Of a stretch of DNA of 64,000 nucleotides, positions 39,131 to 51,900 are shown one piece after another; position 1 is the first letter of the stretch, and each line of letters opens with the position of its first letter. The notes below the pieces were generated by a model. That model searched no databases and was not told where the DNA came from. It saw only the letters and a list, made by a program, of their open reading frames with translations. A program made the translations under genes and the position numbers. Source of the DNA: Lingula anatina (Eukaryota; Animalia; Brachiopoda); contig CM120644.1 in the NCBI GenBank assembly GCA_051362555.1, positions 11,492,567-11,556,566 of the forward strand, given 5' to 3'.

Positions 39131-39429
39131 GGTGTCATTCAGAATGGATGATCCGAGTACTAACTGATCCGCCGACTAAGTATGGCCGATTTAACTGTTC
39201 AAAAACGAAGCAGCTGATTCCCGATGGTCTCCCCTCCTCTACACGCGCGATTAACCGGATTCAATCTAGGCTTCGGGGTTTAGTTTTTTTGTTGGGCCCC
39301 TGCAGCGACGGCGCGTGTGGAGGCGGGGAGACCATCATGGCATTAACGACAGCGTTTTTGAAGTGTGGGTTCGGCCATATTTAGTCGGCGGATCAGTTAG
39401 TACTTGGATCATCTATTCTGAATGGGGCC
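39131..39429. mobile_element. MITE with about 60-bp TIRs
   Basis: ggtgtcattcagaatggatgatccgagtactaactgatccgccgactaagtatggccga versus tcggccatatttagtcggcggatcagttagtacttggatcatctattctgaatggggcc. Confidence 0.8.
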
Positions 39430-39818
39430 AATTGATGATGGGACAAAGCAATTAGACTTTCTTTTGATAGATTCTGTTGCCATTAGAACCATTTTCCTGC
39501 ATTTCTCTGCGTAGAGTCCCATCTCGTTGATCTGGATCTGATTATTTTGCACTGAAGCAGAATTAACCACTATTTATATAATTTTACATTTTTCGTGTCT
39601 TTATTTATAATTCATCAAAAACATGGTTCATTCCGTTCGATGGTAATCCCATCTGTGATGTTACATAATAGAACAACACACCTACTGGCCACCATATGAT
39701 AAATAATGATAGAATAAGAGCGCAGTCCAAAAACTCTTCTCTCTGGTTCATTTTCGAAAGTAGACAGGCACTCGATTATCCACACACGTACTAGTACATA
39801 CAGGCGCAAGCTTATACG

Positions 39819-39854
<36 letters not shown>

Positions 39855-39899
39855 AAAGACAACAGCTTCACTGACCACGACATACTGTTGACCACTATA

Positions 39900-40640
39900 G
39901 TGACCAATAAATAATAATGCTTTATTGAGCACTAAAATGTCTACAAAAACATTTTACAGGCTCTCTACTCTACATATATGGTTATCCAAAAAGCAAATTA
40001 AAGTTAACAAAATAGCCATTAGGAGTGAGAAAAAGAGGATAATACCACCATTGCTAGTGATGGGTATTTCTTTTCTCAGTGCTTTCAGTCGAATGTATGT
40101 GTATAGGTTGTAAGCATGAGTCACTGATTGGACTAAGCAGCCAGTTAAGTTTATCAGGGTTCGTTCTCCGCTCACGTAGTATTATTAATCCACTCCTTCT
40201 GTCGCTATGCTCTTTACATTTCAGTTATAAAGGACATTCACTTTCAATTCCAGAGCAGTGGGGACACGTACGATTTTCCGTAGGAATTTTTAGTGATGTA
40301 TAGCGACCCCTTTCAATTCCCAGGTCATGATCACTGATACAGATTTTCGCAAGAGTTTTTATTTCAGATTGCAAGGCAATTGAGAGATTTTTTCGGGGGC
40401 GTACGTTTATTCTAAGTATTACTATAATTGTCACTTTTCACGTCTTTCCAAAGAAGCTCTTCAATGTTATTGTTAATAGTATCTTTCCGGTTTTCGGAAG
40501 TGATTTATCCAGAGCAACATGCCCCTTTTTCCTTTTGTTCCTGTTCATATGTGTTTTTAACCAATCTGCTAGAGGGTAGAAGACGAGTGGTATGATATAC
40601 GTCAGAACTTTATATGTTATTCATGACCAGATATTTTAGA
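39900..40640 (-). mobile_element. 5'-truncated, degenerate non-LTR retrotransposon 3' end (CR1/L2-group ORF2 C-terminus)
   Basis: Minus translation KTLAKICISDHDLGIERGRYTSLKIPTENRTCPHCSGIESE resembles the K.R.S.H.L.IE.GRY...R.C..C..E.E C-terminal zinc-knuckle motif. An AATAAA and short AT-rich tail lie near 39926-39905. Boundaries are approximate. Confidence 0.7.
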
Positions 40641-40719
40641 ATACCTGTAAAACGAGCCCCGCATGTTTAATGTACCTCAACTGATTAGTTTTCAAACAGC
40701 TGATGCCCTATACATCTAC

Positions 40720-41010
40720 CACCCCATTTCCATAGATTTTTAGATCGATCTATCCCTGTGGGGAGTCTCACTAGATTACTGTCAGCTTGGCCGGCTTAAC
40801 TTAAGCCGGCCAAGCTGACAGTAATCTAGTGAGACTCCCCAATAGTGAGACTCCCCTTAATAAGCGTCTGTCCCGCCTACTAAAAGCTGTAAGGGGGTAA
40901 TTAACTATGGTGACCGCTCGGCTGACTGCAATTTAGCGTGAACTCCCAGGGAGTTAGGTCGATCTAAATCTTAATCTTTAGATCGATCTAAATCTCTGGG
41001 AAAGCACCCC
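40720..41010. mobile_element. MITE copy containing an internal perfect 83-bp palindrome
   Basis: Ends ccccatttccatagatttttagatcgatcta and tagatcgatctaaatctctgggaaagcacccc. Same family as 7352-7537 and 43859-44035. Confidence 0.75.
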
Positions 41011-42938
41011 TAGGTCTTGCTCTCCACGTGGACAAGTAATTTGCCCTAGTAGGCCTATACAACTAACTTTCAAAGGCCGTACCTGAAACTCTTCACTGGC
41101 TTAGACCTCTTTCGTCAGCAATTGAAATAATTCATATGTTTTTTCTGAATTCAGCCACACCTGCATATTTTTTAATTAGCCGAAAACAACAACATGCGAT
41201 GCGATTTGATCTTTTACCTCGTTGCCAGCCCTTTCATTCTATTCCACCAAGCTCAAAACAAATAATTGTATACGTCATCTTAATTGTTTGTTATCAAATT
41301 GATATATCAATATTTTATTCACAGCAAAGTAATAAACCTGTAGCAAAATAAAATTATGAAATATTTACGAGAAATTGTATTTCATCATTGTGAATGGCCT
41401 ACAGGCTGGGCCCGCCTAGTTACATTTTAGAGGAAATTTGTGAGCACCGCGATACCATTACTCAGGTGAGAAATAGCATCTAAAAAGTCGTATAAACAAT
41501 CTGATTTGACAGCAACACTCGGGTTTCGACCTTTGCTAGGAGCTTTTTATTTTTACAAATTTGGGAAAGAATTCAGATCTGTTGGTTTCTAGCAAAAGTT
41601 GTTCACTGTATAACAAAATTAATGTAAGTGATTGTGTGGAAAATCTTTATGGGCGCACAAGATGTCGCGTGCCTCTTTTGCCAGCTCGTGAACCTAGCCA
41701 TATCATGAAGTCGTATTTTATTTTAATTTTGTAATTGTATTGTACATGAGAGGAATGAAAAAGACTGGTGGCATAATCTAAGGGGAAAAAAAAAAAGACA
41801 TTTGTACCTCAAAAACGAGTCTATTATTTACTACGCGACCTGTGGAATTGCGGGACAGGTGTTTACATACAAATCTACATAAAGTTTAGATTGTATAATC
41901 ATTTGAACGTGGTAACAGCAGTTTCGTCTATATACTTCCGAGGTAAGGTCCCACCTCCACTTTCAGTCAAGTCGTCATCTAGGCATTAAGACCAAAACAT
42001 TCAGTCTCTTCATATGCAGATTAAATAGGACAGAGTCTACGTATGTGTACGCAAAATTTGACGACAAATTCCTATAACCCTATATGACAATATGGAATGA
42101 AAAGACGAATGGGCTTAGTTTCACTAAATGCTGACCTACGAGAGAGAGAGAGAGAACAAACAAGTGAGCGAGCATGATAAGGTGAGCGAGCTCTGTTGAA
42201 TTGTTTATAACGACATGTTAATGACAGAATGAACCAAATTCCAGTGATATGCTACATACTATATGTCTTATTCATAACTTCGTTTAGCAGCTATTTGCTC
42301 ACAAATGACACTGTCTAGCATGTACAAATGTCCCGGCTTGTTACAATAAATATCTTAGAACAAGTAGGTATGTCCTGTAGACCTCTGCTCCCTGAGTAGT
42401 TACTTAATCTCGTTTCTGAAACACTTAGATCTATCCAGGCTAGATCCATTTTAAAGGGATAATAACTCTACGTATATCTTTATTTCACAGTAAAAACATT
42501 GTGAACAACTCATAGAAATACAATATATTCTGTTTTACAACAAAAACAGCAGCTATACCTATTATTCTGATATCTGAGCTTGTCTTCAGATCACGTGACT
42601 TCCACTGATGGCTATACTCAGTTATAATCTCTTAAGAGATTTCAACAAAAAATCAAAGTTTTTAGAAAAAACCAGGGACTAACTTTGAATGTAAAAATGG
42701 ATTCATTAACCATTGGTAAGTATGGGAAAATTGTTTACTCCAGGAAAATTCATTTTTTGGCCAAAACGAAGAGTTATTATCCCTTTAATCTGCTTTGGAT
42801 TAATCTCCTACATGGCCCTCATTGCATGAGGTATAAGCAATTAGTACATGGAAAGTACAAATTCTCTTAAGTTGAAAAATCATTCTTTTTTATTGTTGCG
42901 ACTTCGACAATTATTTCTAATATCCAAGGTGAAGGTCA

Positions 42939-45900
42939 TTATAAGGTGAAGGCCAGCGGTTCATCATTCAGGTGTGTTCCAAAAGAAAAACAGTTGCCTC
43001 CTCCGCCAAAGACCACAATGTTTCCGTCCTGTAGAACATGGGAGGTGTGGTTGTACAACAGGACTGGGGAACCCTGGGGACTGCACACCTGGGGAGGAAA
43101 ATATGGATTATTATTATTATTTTAAAATAACAACAAAATATTTTCAAAATGCTGCAAATAAATACAAATGTATAATGGCTTATTTTTTTTACCTTTGATA
43201 AATGATTTCTCTACTGTATATCAAAGTAATAGTTACCAGAAGTTTCATTACTTCCCAGAATCTTGCCCACCTCTACCTTCAACTTTATGCCAGCTAGTTC
43301 CTTTTAAATATCTTTCTTCCAGGATACAGTAAATTCTTGGACAATACTTGGCGCTTGTTAAATATTCCAATGGAAAATGAAATTTGCATTGCTCTTCTTC
43401 ACATATTTTCTTGGAATCATATCCAAATCTGTTGCAACAACTTAATTACATCTCAGAATGATGCAATTTACCATGAAGTAAATAGTAAATGCACTCACAG
43501 GAATAGTGAATCCCTGGACAAGCCCTGAGGTTAAATGAACCACAGTTATTCCTGGATTTTCCTGGAGTCCCACTCCACCCACCAGTACCAGTCTGTTGTC
43601 CAATACATGAGATGTGTGAGAATACCTGGAATAAAAACATTAACAATGCTGCAATGAGACATGTGACAAAACCTGGAATCAAAACATTAACAATGCTGCA
43701 ATGAGACGTGAGAATACCTGGAATCAAAACATAACAATGCTGCAATGAAGTCACTCTTCTTTTTTTTCACTGTAAGACTATTGTATGTAAAAATGACAAT
43801 TATAAACCTGAATTACCCTTGGCTCTACAGCCATTTCCTATTCTATGCTATGATTTTAGACCCCATTCCCATGCCTAGATCGATCAAGCAGGATCGACCC
43901 ATCTCCGAGGGGTTTCTCGCTAAATTACATTCAGCTTAAGCTGCTCTGATGTCTGACATGCCTGCTGAAGCTGTTAGGGGGTAATTAACTATCCTTAAGC
44001 AGCTTCAGTAGGCTTGCCGGATTCTAAGCATATTGTAAAATTCTTCTTCAACTCTTGGCAGAGCTAATATTTAATTATTATCCTTGATAAAAGAAATGGA
44101 TGTGAAGTTTTCAACTTCCTACTAATAAGCATAATAACATCAAGTGTGAATATGGCAAGATTTCTTGTCTATGTTCACATTTTTCAATATTTTTTTAAAA
44201 AGAAACTGAATATAAGCAGACTCTGCAGTCTGGTACCTTGGTTGAAGGGTGCCTTGGATCTCCAGCTCCTCCCACGCCATCCTATCTAGGTCAAGTACAT
44301 GCACATCTCCATACGGTGTCATGTCCTCTCCCAAACCACAAGTTAGGACCAGCTTGGGACTTCCTAATCCTGTAGGGCGACTCCAGAGAGAACTGGAGTG
44401 AGAGTGGCGAGGGGAGGGACTTGGCCCACTTGCTTCCACCTGAAGAAAAGTTTAAAATATTCTCACTGAAACTATAATTCATACACACAGTAGGGGCAAT
44501 ACTATTTTTATTTCAGTATTTCTGTGGATTATTTACTCTGTACAAAGTATATAGTTTTCAGTTTTATAATACTGCAAAATAACCCAAAAATAAATGATGA
44601 TCACTTGCATACATTCACCTTTGTCCACGTCATGACTGAGATGTTGAGCAAGAAACAATCCCCAAGCACAAATGGCTCTGTGCTGCTTCTTCCCCCAAAT
44701 ACTGCGATATAATCCTGTCCTCCTATCACAACAAGAGTTGCAGTGTGTCGCCATCTTGGACAAGGCATGATGGTCCCCTTGAAGTGCACTTCCTCCACAG
44801 AGCTCTCCACTATCACGTCACATCTGTTGATTGTGGAGTCAACATTATCACAGATACTCTGATTGCACCTTTCCTTGGTTTTAGACATGTTCGGTTCAGT
44901 CAATGAACATTTCCCATCATTGCACTCTTGTACATTGCCTGATCCGTCATGACAACCATTTGACTCATTATCTGTCGCTGTCATAATGCTACAATCTGTC
45001 CCTGAGCATGAGTCAGATCCATTTTCTGTATAACATATTGCACTGCTTTCACCTTCAACTCTTATTTCCTGTCCCTGAGACTCTGATTCCATCTTGTTCA
45101 CTACAGAAGACAAACTTCCATGTTGATATTTGGATGGGTCCTGCACTTTGTCTCCATTAACAAAATGGAGAATTTTCAATATGAATGCACTTTGGCAGGG
45201 CTGCGCTGGGGAAGTTCTGCCTCCATATACAAATATTCTTTGGTCAGAAAGAAGAGTGGCAGTATGATACATTCGCTTTCCTATAAAAAAAGTGTTTCAA
45301 GATAAAGTAGGTTATTTTGATTTTAATTGTTCAAGCCTTGTTAGCAGGCTGCCTGGTTATCATTATCATAGGGAGTCAATCCATCAGTAATTGAATTACA
45401 GTAGCTTAAGCAGTGTTCTCAATAATTTTTTTAAAATCCGAGTCCATGGGACTCACATGTTTGACAAAATGTGAGTCCCATGTAAATTTTCCGAGTCCTT
45501 CTCTTGAAGAAGAAAAAAAAAATAAGTACCATTTAGAATTGCACAAATGTGTTTATTGAAATACATGTAACAGGTCAAAATTATGTAAAAATATAGCAAA
45601 ATAAAAATATAACATCTTACAAAACATCTTTTTAAAAATAAAATTCTGCAGACTCATTGTACCAGGACTAGTCTACTAGAGAACGAAACTCAGTAAGTTT
45701 CTGTCAAATAAAACCAGTACTTTTCTGTTTTAGAAATATTGACTTTAAAACTACTTTGAATGCTTCCAAGATCATTTACAGTACGGTAATGACTCGATCT
45801 TTTCAATGGGGAAAAATTACAAAATTTTCAACGATGTAAATTTTATATCATGAAAATATATTTCTGTGTAGCATTTGTGGCTCTTTTTCTGTACAGAATA

Positions 45901-48900
45901 GAACAAAAAGGCAGCCTGCTTTTCAGTTTTGTAGCTACCATTCAATAGTTATGTTCTGATTTTAAGAAAATGTGACTTAAAAAATACAGCATCTGTAAAA
46001 TTTGTAATTTTTACCCATATTCATTGCCTTCTCTGTCGGATGGCTCGAAACTTGAGTTTAGCCTGTGTGTAATCAAATTCCGCAAAATGCGGACCATTTA
46101 TTGTTATCTTCATAATATTCTGCAGCTGTGCCTCACTAAGTCGGTTCCTACATTTGGACTTATTTAGGTTTTGGGCAGAAAAACCTCTTTCACATGATGC
46201 ACTGTTGAGGGGGATGCACAGTGCAATTTGTGCCATTGTAGTGAAATCAGGAAAATCCTGATCGTGATTCTGAATGAGATTTTCACAATGGGATGTGAAG
46301 GTTAAATGCCTGCATAAGAATGTGTGATGCTTATATGGTACAAAGTCCTGTTGACACCTCTGAGTGTCAATAACATCAGCATGTTGATCATTGGTGTAGT
46401 GGTTGATAAGGAATTGAAGTTCATCTCCACCGTATGCTCCAAGATCTGCAGCAGCTTGTGGATATCTCTGTGGGTTGAGTAGCTTGTCCAAAGCTTTCAA
46501 ACAATCCATAGTGTCTACTGGAAATCTGTCTTCAAGGTTCTCATTCAGAGTAGTGAAGAAAGCATCTGAGAAAACACAAAAATAAAATGAGTTAGTGAAC
46601 TGTTAGTCTGTTAGAATAAATGAATATATACAAATGATTTAAACCAATATCTGAGTTTGATAGACTGAAACAACTTGTCTTGAGATATTATCTGATCATT
46701 ATAGTAGTAATAAATTGTACCTTTCACTCTGGCAAAAGTAGCAACTTTGGCTTCAGTTCGGTTTACTGCTGTTTCCCTGTAGTTTCCATTGTCAGTCACC
46801 GCTCTATCCATCTGATTTAGTGTGAGCAGGTAATCAGGATGTTCAGAGAGTGTATGCAGTGAACCTCTAACTGTCTCCAAACTTCGGTTAGCAGTGTCAA
46901 AATCCAAGCACTCCCGTTGAAAACACTTTGATAGCCTGTATTAATAAAGTAGAATAAATTTCTTTAAACTAGCCTGCATTAATAAAGTAGAATAAATTTC
47001 TTTAAACTGGAATCAAAAGTGACAATATGTTATGAAAATTAAAAGTTAAATTGCATTATGAAAAAATATTAGTTATACCTGCTGAATAGTGGTAGTATAT
47101 CTACTAAAAGGCAAGTCAAGGCCAGGAAGAGATAATCATCAACTTTGTTGAGGAGCCCTCTGGCAACAGCATTTCCATTGGCCGCTTCTTCTCCAAGACA
47201 AACAACAAGGGGTGACCAGCAGTTCAAGATGGCAACAACAGCCTGTTCCAGGGAGAGCCAGCGAACAGCCAAAGGTTGCTTCAGTGTGAGAAACTGGTCA
47301 TCTTCCATCAGATCATATACAGCTCGGAGTCTGTTGTATCTTACCGCAGAATTTTGGAAGAACTGGTAGACTGCATTGACTGTTTCTTGGTAGGATTTAA
47401 TTTGTTCCACTGAAGCCGCAGCTTGACCCACTGCTAAGGCCAGTTTGTGAGCCAGACAATGAATATGTACAAGATATGGATTTCTGCCCTTTAACTGTAC
47501 TCCCACACCTGTTCGCCGGCCAGTCATCACAGCAGCTCCATCACTACCCAGACCCATGACTTTAGAAGCTGAAATGTTGTATCCTTCCATCCACTGTTCA
47601 ATTGCAGCCACAATTGTATCAGCTTTCCCATCTGGGACATTCAGGTTGGCAGAGAAAGAAGTTCTGGCTTTTCCACCTACAACAGTCTGGACATAAATAA
47701 TCAATTTTTTGAAAATTGCAATGTCGCAACTTTCATCCACTTGAATGCCTATGTATTTACTTTTCTCTATGGCATTTTTCATGTCATCCTCAATAGTATC
47801 TGACAGACACTGAACCATTTCATTTACCACTCCAGCTGACGTATAGTGTCCCTTCATTGACTGAAGTAGGCAAAGGTCCGGGTAGAGATTTAGAGCCAAG
47901 TTATGAGATACCAAAAAGTACACAGTTTTCATCTGATGACCGAGGTTGTCATCTGTTTTTTGTTCCGCTGTGGATATAGCCCGCTGTAGAGCTGACTGGC
48001 CCTTAAGAGTAGAAGCCGCTTGCTTATGTTGTTCGGACTGCACGTGTCGAACAAGTGTAGATCTCTGGTAATCACTGCATCCCGGATCAGTTGTAAAAAC
48101 GTTACTCTTCTTGGCACGTTTACAAATGGAGCAAAACATAAAGTTGTCCGTGACATAAAGCCAGTCTTTAAAACTGGGATCTTCCAGCCAGGTTTTGTTG
48201 AAAGTCCGGATCTTTTTTTTAGCATGGGACTGCGCCATTTTGAGACATTACAACCACCTGCATTCGGCACACCTCGGTCTTTTTCGTCAGGGATAACCTC
48301 AGCCGTAATGAGCGCCATTTTGCGTATTGCGTCATTCGGTAGATGGCGCACTAAGTGACGTGACAGGCCCAGCAAACTGCCAAACACGGTGTGTTTTTGT
48401 TAATTAATACGCTAGTTTCACCAAACACATCACTCATTCTGTATAATTTCCGTGGTCATTAAGATAATCATCCCTTTCAGTTGTTTTTTTTATCTCTCCA
48501 ACTAATCACCCGCCTAAACAGGACCGCATTTTTTTTCGTCCCTGGGACGAAAGGGTGTTGATTATTTTACGTCCTTTTTAATTTCATTGCGTTTTTTACA
48601 TATTGGGACGCCGTAAATGAGAACACTGGCTTAAGTGGTGGTGGTCTGGAAAACAGGGTTCACATCTGGTAACTAAAGCCAATCAGAATCAGTTGGCTGT
48701 CTGATATGGAATGAACTGAGGTGGATATGCCCAACTTGGTAATATAAAATACACGTTAATAAAGGTTTCAGTAATGGCAATCACATGTGCATTCTCACAC
48801 ACACTTGTAACAGCAACAACTACTGTACTTTTTATAGTATCTCCTCTTTTATGCTTCAGTAAAATCTAATATGGCATCCAAATTTGGGATTGCTACCCCA

Positions 48901-51900
48901 AAAAACTTGGAAACGTGGGGCCAAACACTTGAAACCTTACCCATCTTGTGACTGCCAGAAATGTTTATTCTGATTGGCACACCCTGTTGCTCCAAGTCAA
49001 AGAGATCTATGCCATCTAACCTTCTATGCTGACCAGCTTCTTCCCCAAACCCACCAAACATGATCAAATGCTTTGCAGAAGTCAATGACACATGTCCATA
49101 TCGTTTCACTGGGAAAGATGGGCTAAAAGTGTCAAATGGGAGGCTGCCACTGCTGGTGTATGGTTGAACCATTTCCTTCTTGCCTGACAATATAAAAAGG
49201 GGCATCTTATATTTAGTTCAATTATAGTCCTTTTTTATTTTGAAAGATATCAGTTCCAATCAAGGCCACTATATTATACCATATACAAAGAGCTAAATGA
49301 ATAAATCAATTTAGAATAAACAAATAATTTGTGACTGCTGATGATATCAGAAGACATGGCTGCCTGATTATCTTTATCCAAGTTAAACTAGCATACCCAC
49401 TGAATTGACAGCAGGCATTTATCCACATGCACTTGTCAACATCAATAAAATTTCAAAACAATGAAAATCTTTTCCTGTTATTCATGTCAATTTTAATTAA
49501 TTTTGATTACAAATGCTACTGAAAGGCAGGCATGTCTAACATTTGCCACATTAAAAAAAAATAAATGACCTGGTATCTTACCCATCATGTCTTGGCTCAG
49601 TGCTACACAGCTCCCTCTATAGGCACAAAGGACAAGATAATGGCGGCACTTCAGATGCCACTCCTCATACTCATCAAATGGTTCCAGAGTGTCTACCTTC
49701 CGCCTCTCTTCAAAGTCCAAAATATTGGTGTAAAATTGGTTCATATTCATGGAGTGGACACTTGACCATCCCTGAAACAGTTTATGAAAATTCAGAAGAA
49801 TTTCTGACACTGGGCAACATAAACTGTTAAAAAATTAAATTCCTGAAATTCCTGTAGGCCTTGGAAAAAGGTTACAGACTATGGGTATAATGGTTAATCA
49901 CCCTTCAACATCCAAAAATGAAACATTTACTTAAATAACATTGTAGGAAGCTCATTTCAACTATGTATTAGATATAAGTAATATGAAATGAATAGTGTAT
50001 TAAGTGTGACAGTATATATCACGTGTCAGTGTGTTAGGTGTGGCAGAGTATGACATAAGACCTTGTGTTAGGTGTGACTGAGCTTCAGATTTGCCATTGT
50101 GCTAGATGTGTTATTGTGTTTGGTGTGACAGTGTTAGCAGATATTAATCTGATATTAAAACTTATGAAAAAAAATCACAACCCACCAGTTCTCTGTATCT
50201 CTTCTCTTGTGATTCAGCATCAGGGTAAGTATTAATGCCTCTGAGAGGAGAACCAATGGTTTGGAAGTGATTCAACCTAAGAGGAAAAATAACATATAGG
50301 CAACAAATCTATAAAAAATGATGCCTTATTGTTTTTATATGATCAATTTTAATTTATGAGACGTGGGTACTCTAGTGAGTTGGTAGGTAGGTGAATGCAT
50401 AAATGAGAGAGAGAGAGAGAGAGAGAGAATATTTTGCATTTAAAAGCATCATGGAGTAATTACCAAAAAGAAACAGCAGTATGTAAATACAAATTTTCAT
50501 TTTATAGGTTGAAATGGAATTCTTCATAAAAGGTCATCAAAGGCTGCTTCATTGTTCTTGCAGTTGTACCATCTGACTTCGTAAATTAATCTTCCCAGGA
50601 CACCTAGCTAGACATACTTACATGACCATTCCAAAGGGATCATTAGGCAGGATCTGGAGAGTTGAACAATTTATTTCTTAGACTTTTTTAAAAATAGTAT
50701 TTACATATACTTAACTTCGGGCATATAAGTTTTCCTTGGGTCAGTAACAAAAATATTTTTTGACCAATCTGGAAAACCGTTGGCCTAGGTCACACATCCA
50801 TTTATTTTCTCAGACTTTTAATTGTGCTCAACAGACCTTACACTAAACACATGACTTGTTACTCACATTAAATAAAATATTTAATCTAAGTGGATTAAAT
50901 AACATTTTCAGAATTACAGGTAAACTCATAAGTAATCTGACCCTTTCATCTTACCTGTTCATAAGTAACAAAAACTGCATTTGTGAATGTATTTGCAGCC
51001 CACTGAATGATGGCAGAAGAACTGAAATGCCAAGGGAAATTGTCTTTATGTTGCAAAAATGTACAAACTTTAACTTGATATGTTATTTCTTTGGACTGTA
51101 TAGTCTATTACTTTCCAACACTTAGAGAATGCTGTTTTGACTTCTAGAATGCATTGACCTACTGGCTTATTTTTTAATGGATATATAAAGAACTTCCCAA
51201 TCTTTTTTCCCCCGATTAGAAACATGACCATAAAGATATTGACATTGGGATAAGCCAAATGAGGAAAAAAATCAATATGGCAACAGAAAATGTATGACTG
51301 ATTTATGGCAGATAACTTTCTTTAAATTTCTTATTTTTTACAACTTGGCTAAAAGAAATATTGTCGTAGAGTTAGCCCTTATGTGTTATCCATTTCATGA
51401 CAGTTTGTAAGGTTAAGAAAATGATCATAAAAATGGACCCCATAGTAATAAAGTACCTTCTGGGTTCTATATAAGTCATAACACATTCACTGAGAAGTAA
51501 TGTGGGCAGTGTGAGGTCCACTCCAGTCATCTTCAGGCACCTCTCCAGATGACCAGTGTCTCTCAGGTCGACCCCAACCATCTTGAAATCTGGACAGTTC
51601 AGCACTGAAAAACATCAACAGTAACAGTGCAAATTTCTACTTATTCCAGTCTGTCTCTGATACATGTCCAATGCCAGAGACTTCAAATTTGTCTCGATCT
51701 TCTGATATCTATTGTAACTCAAGCCCCAGAAGTGTGTCTAAATACCATGGATTATTACCAATCTGTGTATACTGTTGAAATCCGATATGAACATGGCTAC
51801 ATCTGATGAACAAGCTCACACACATGTATAAAATTCAGATTAATCCTATATACAATTTTTTTTAAAATAATTACTTCAGCATTAGTTCAATCCATTAACA

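Noticed and set aside
47929-48387. 152-aa ORF overlapping the transposase start, plus antisense ORFs at 47145 and 48020
   Set aside because: No recognisable motifs; consistent with off-frame or antisense shadows of the transposase.
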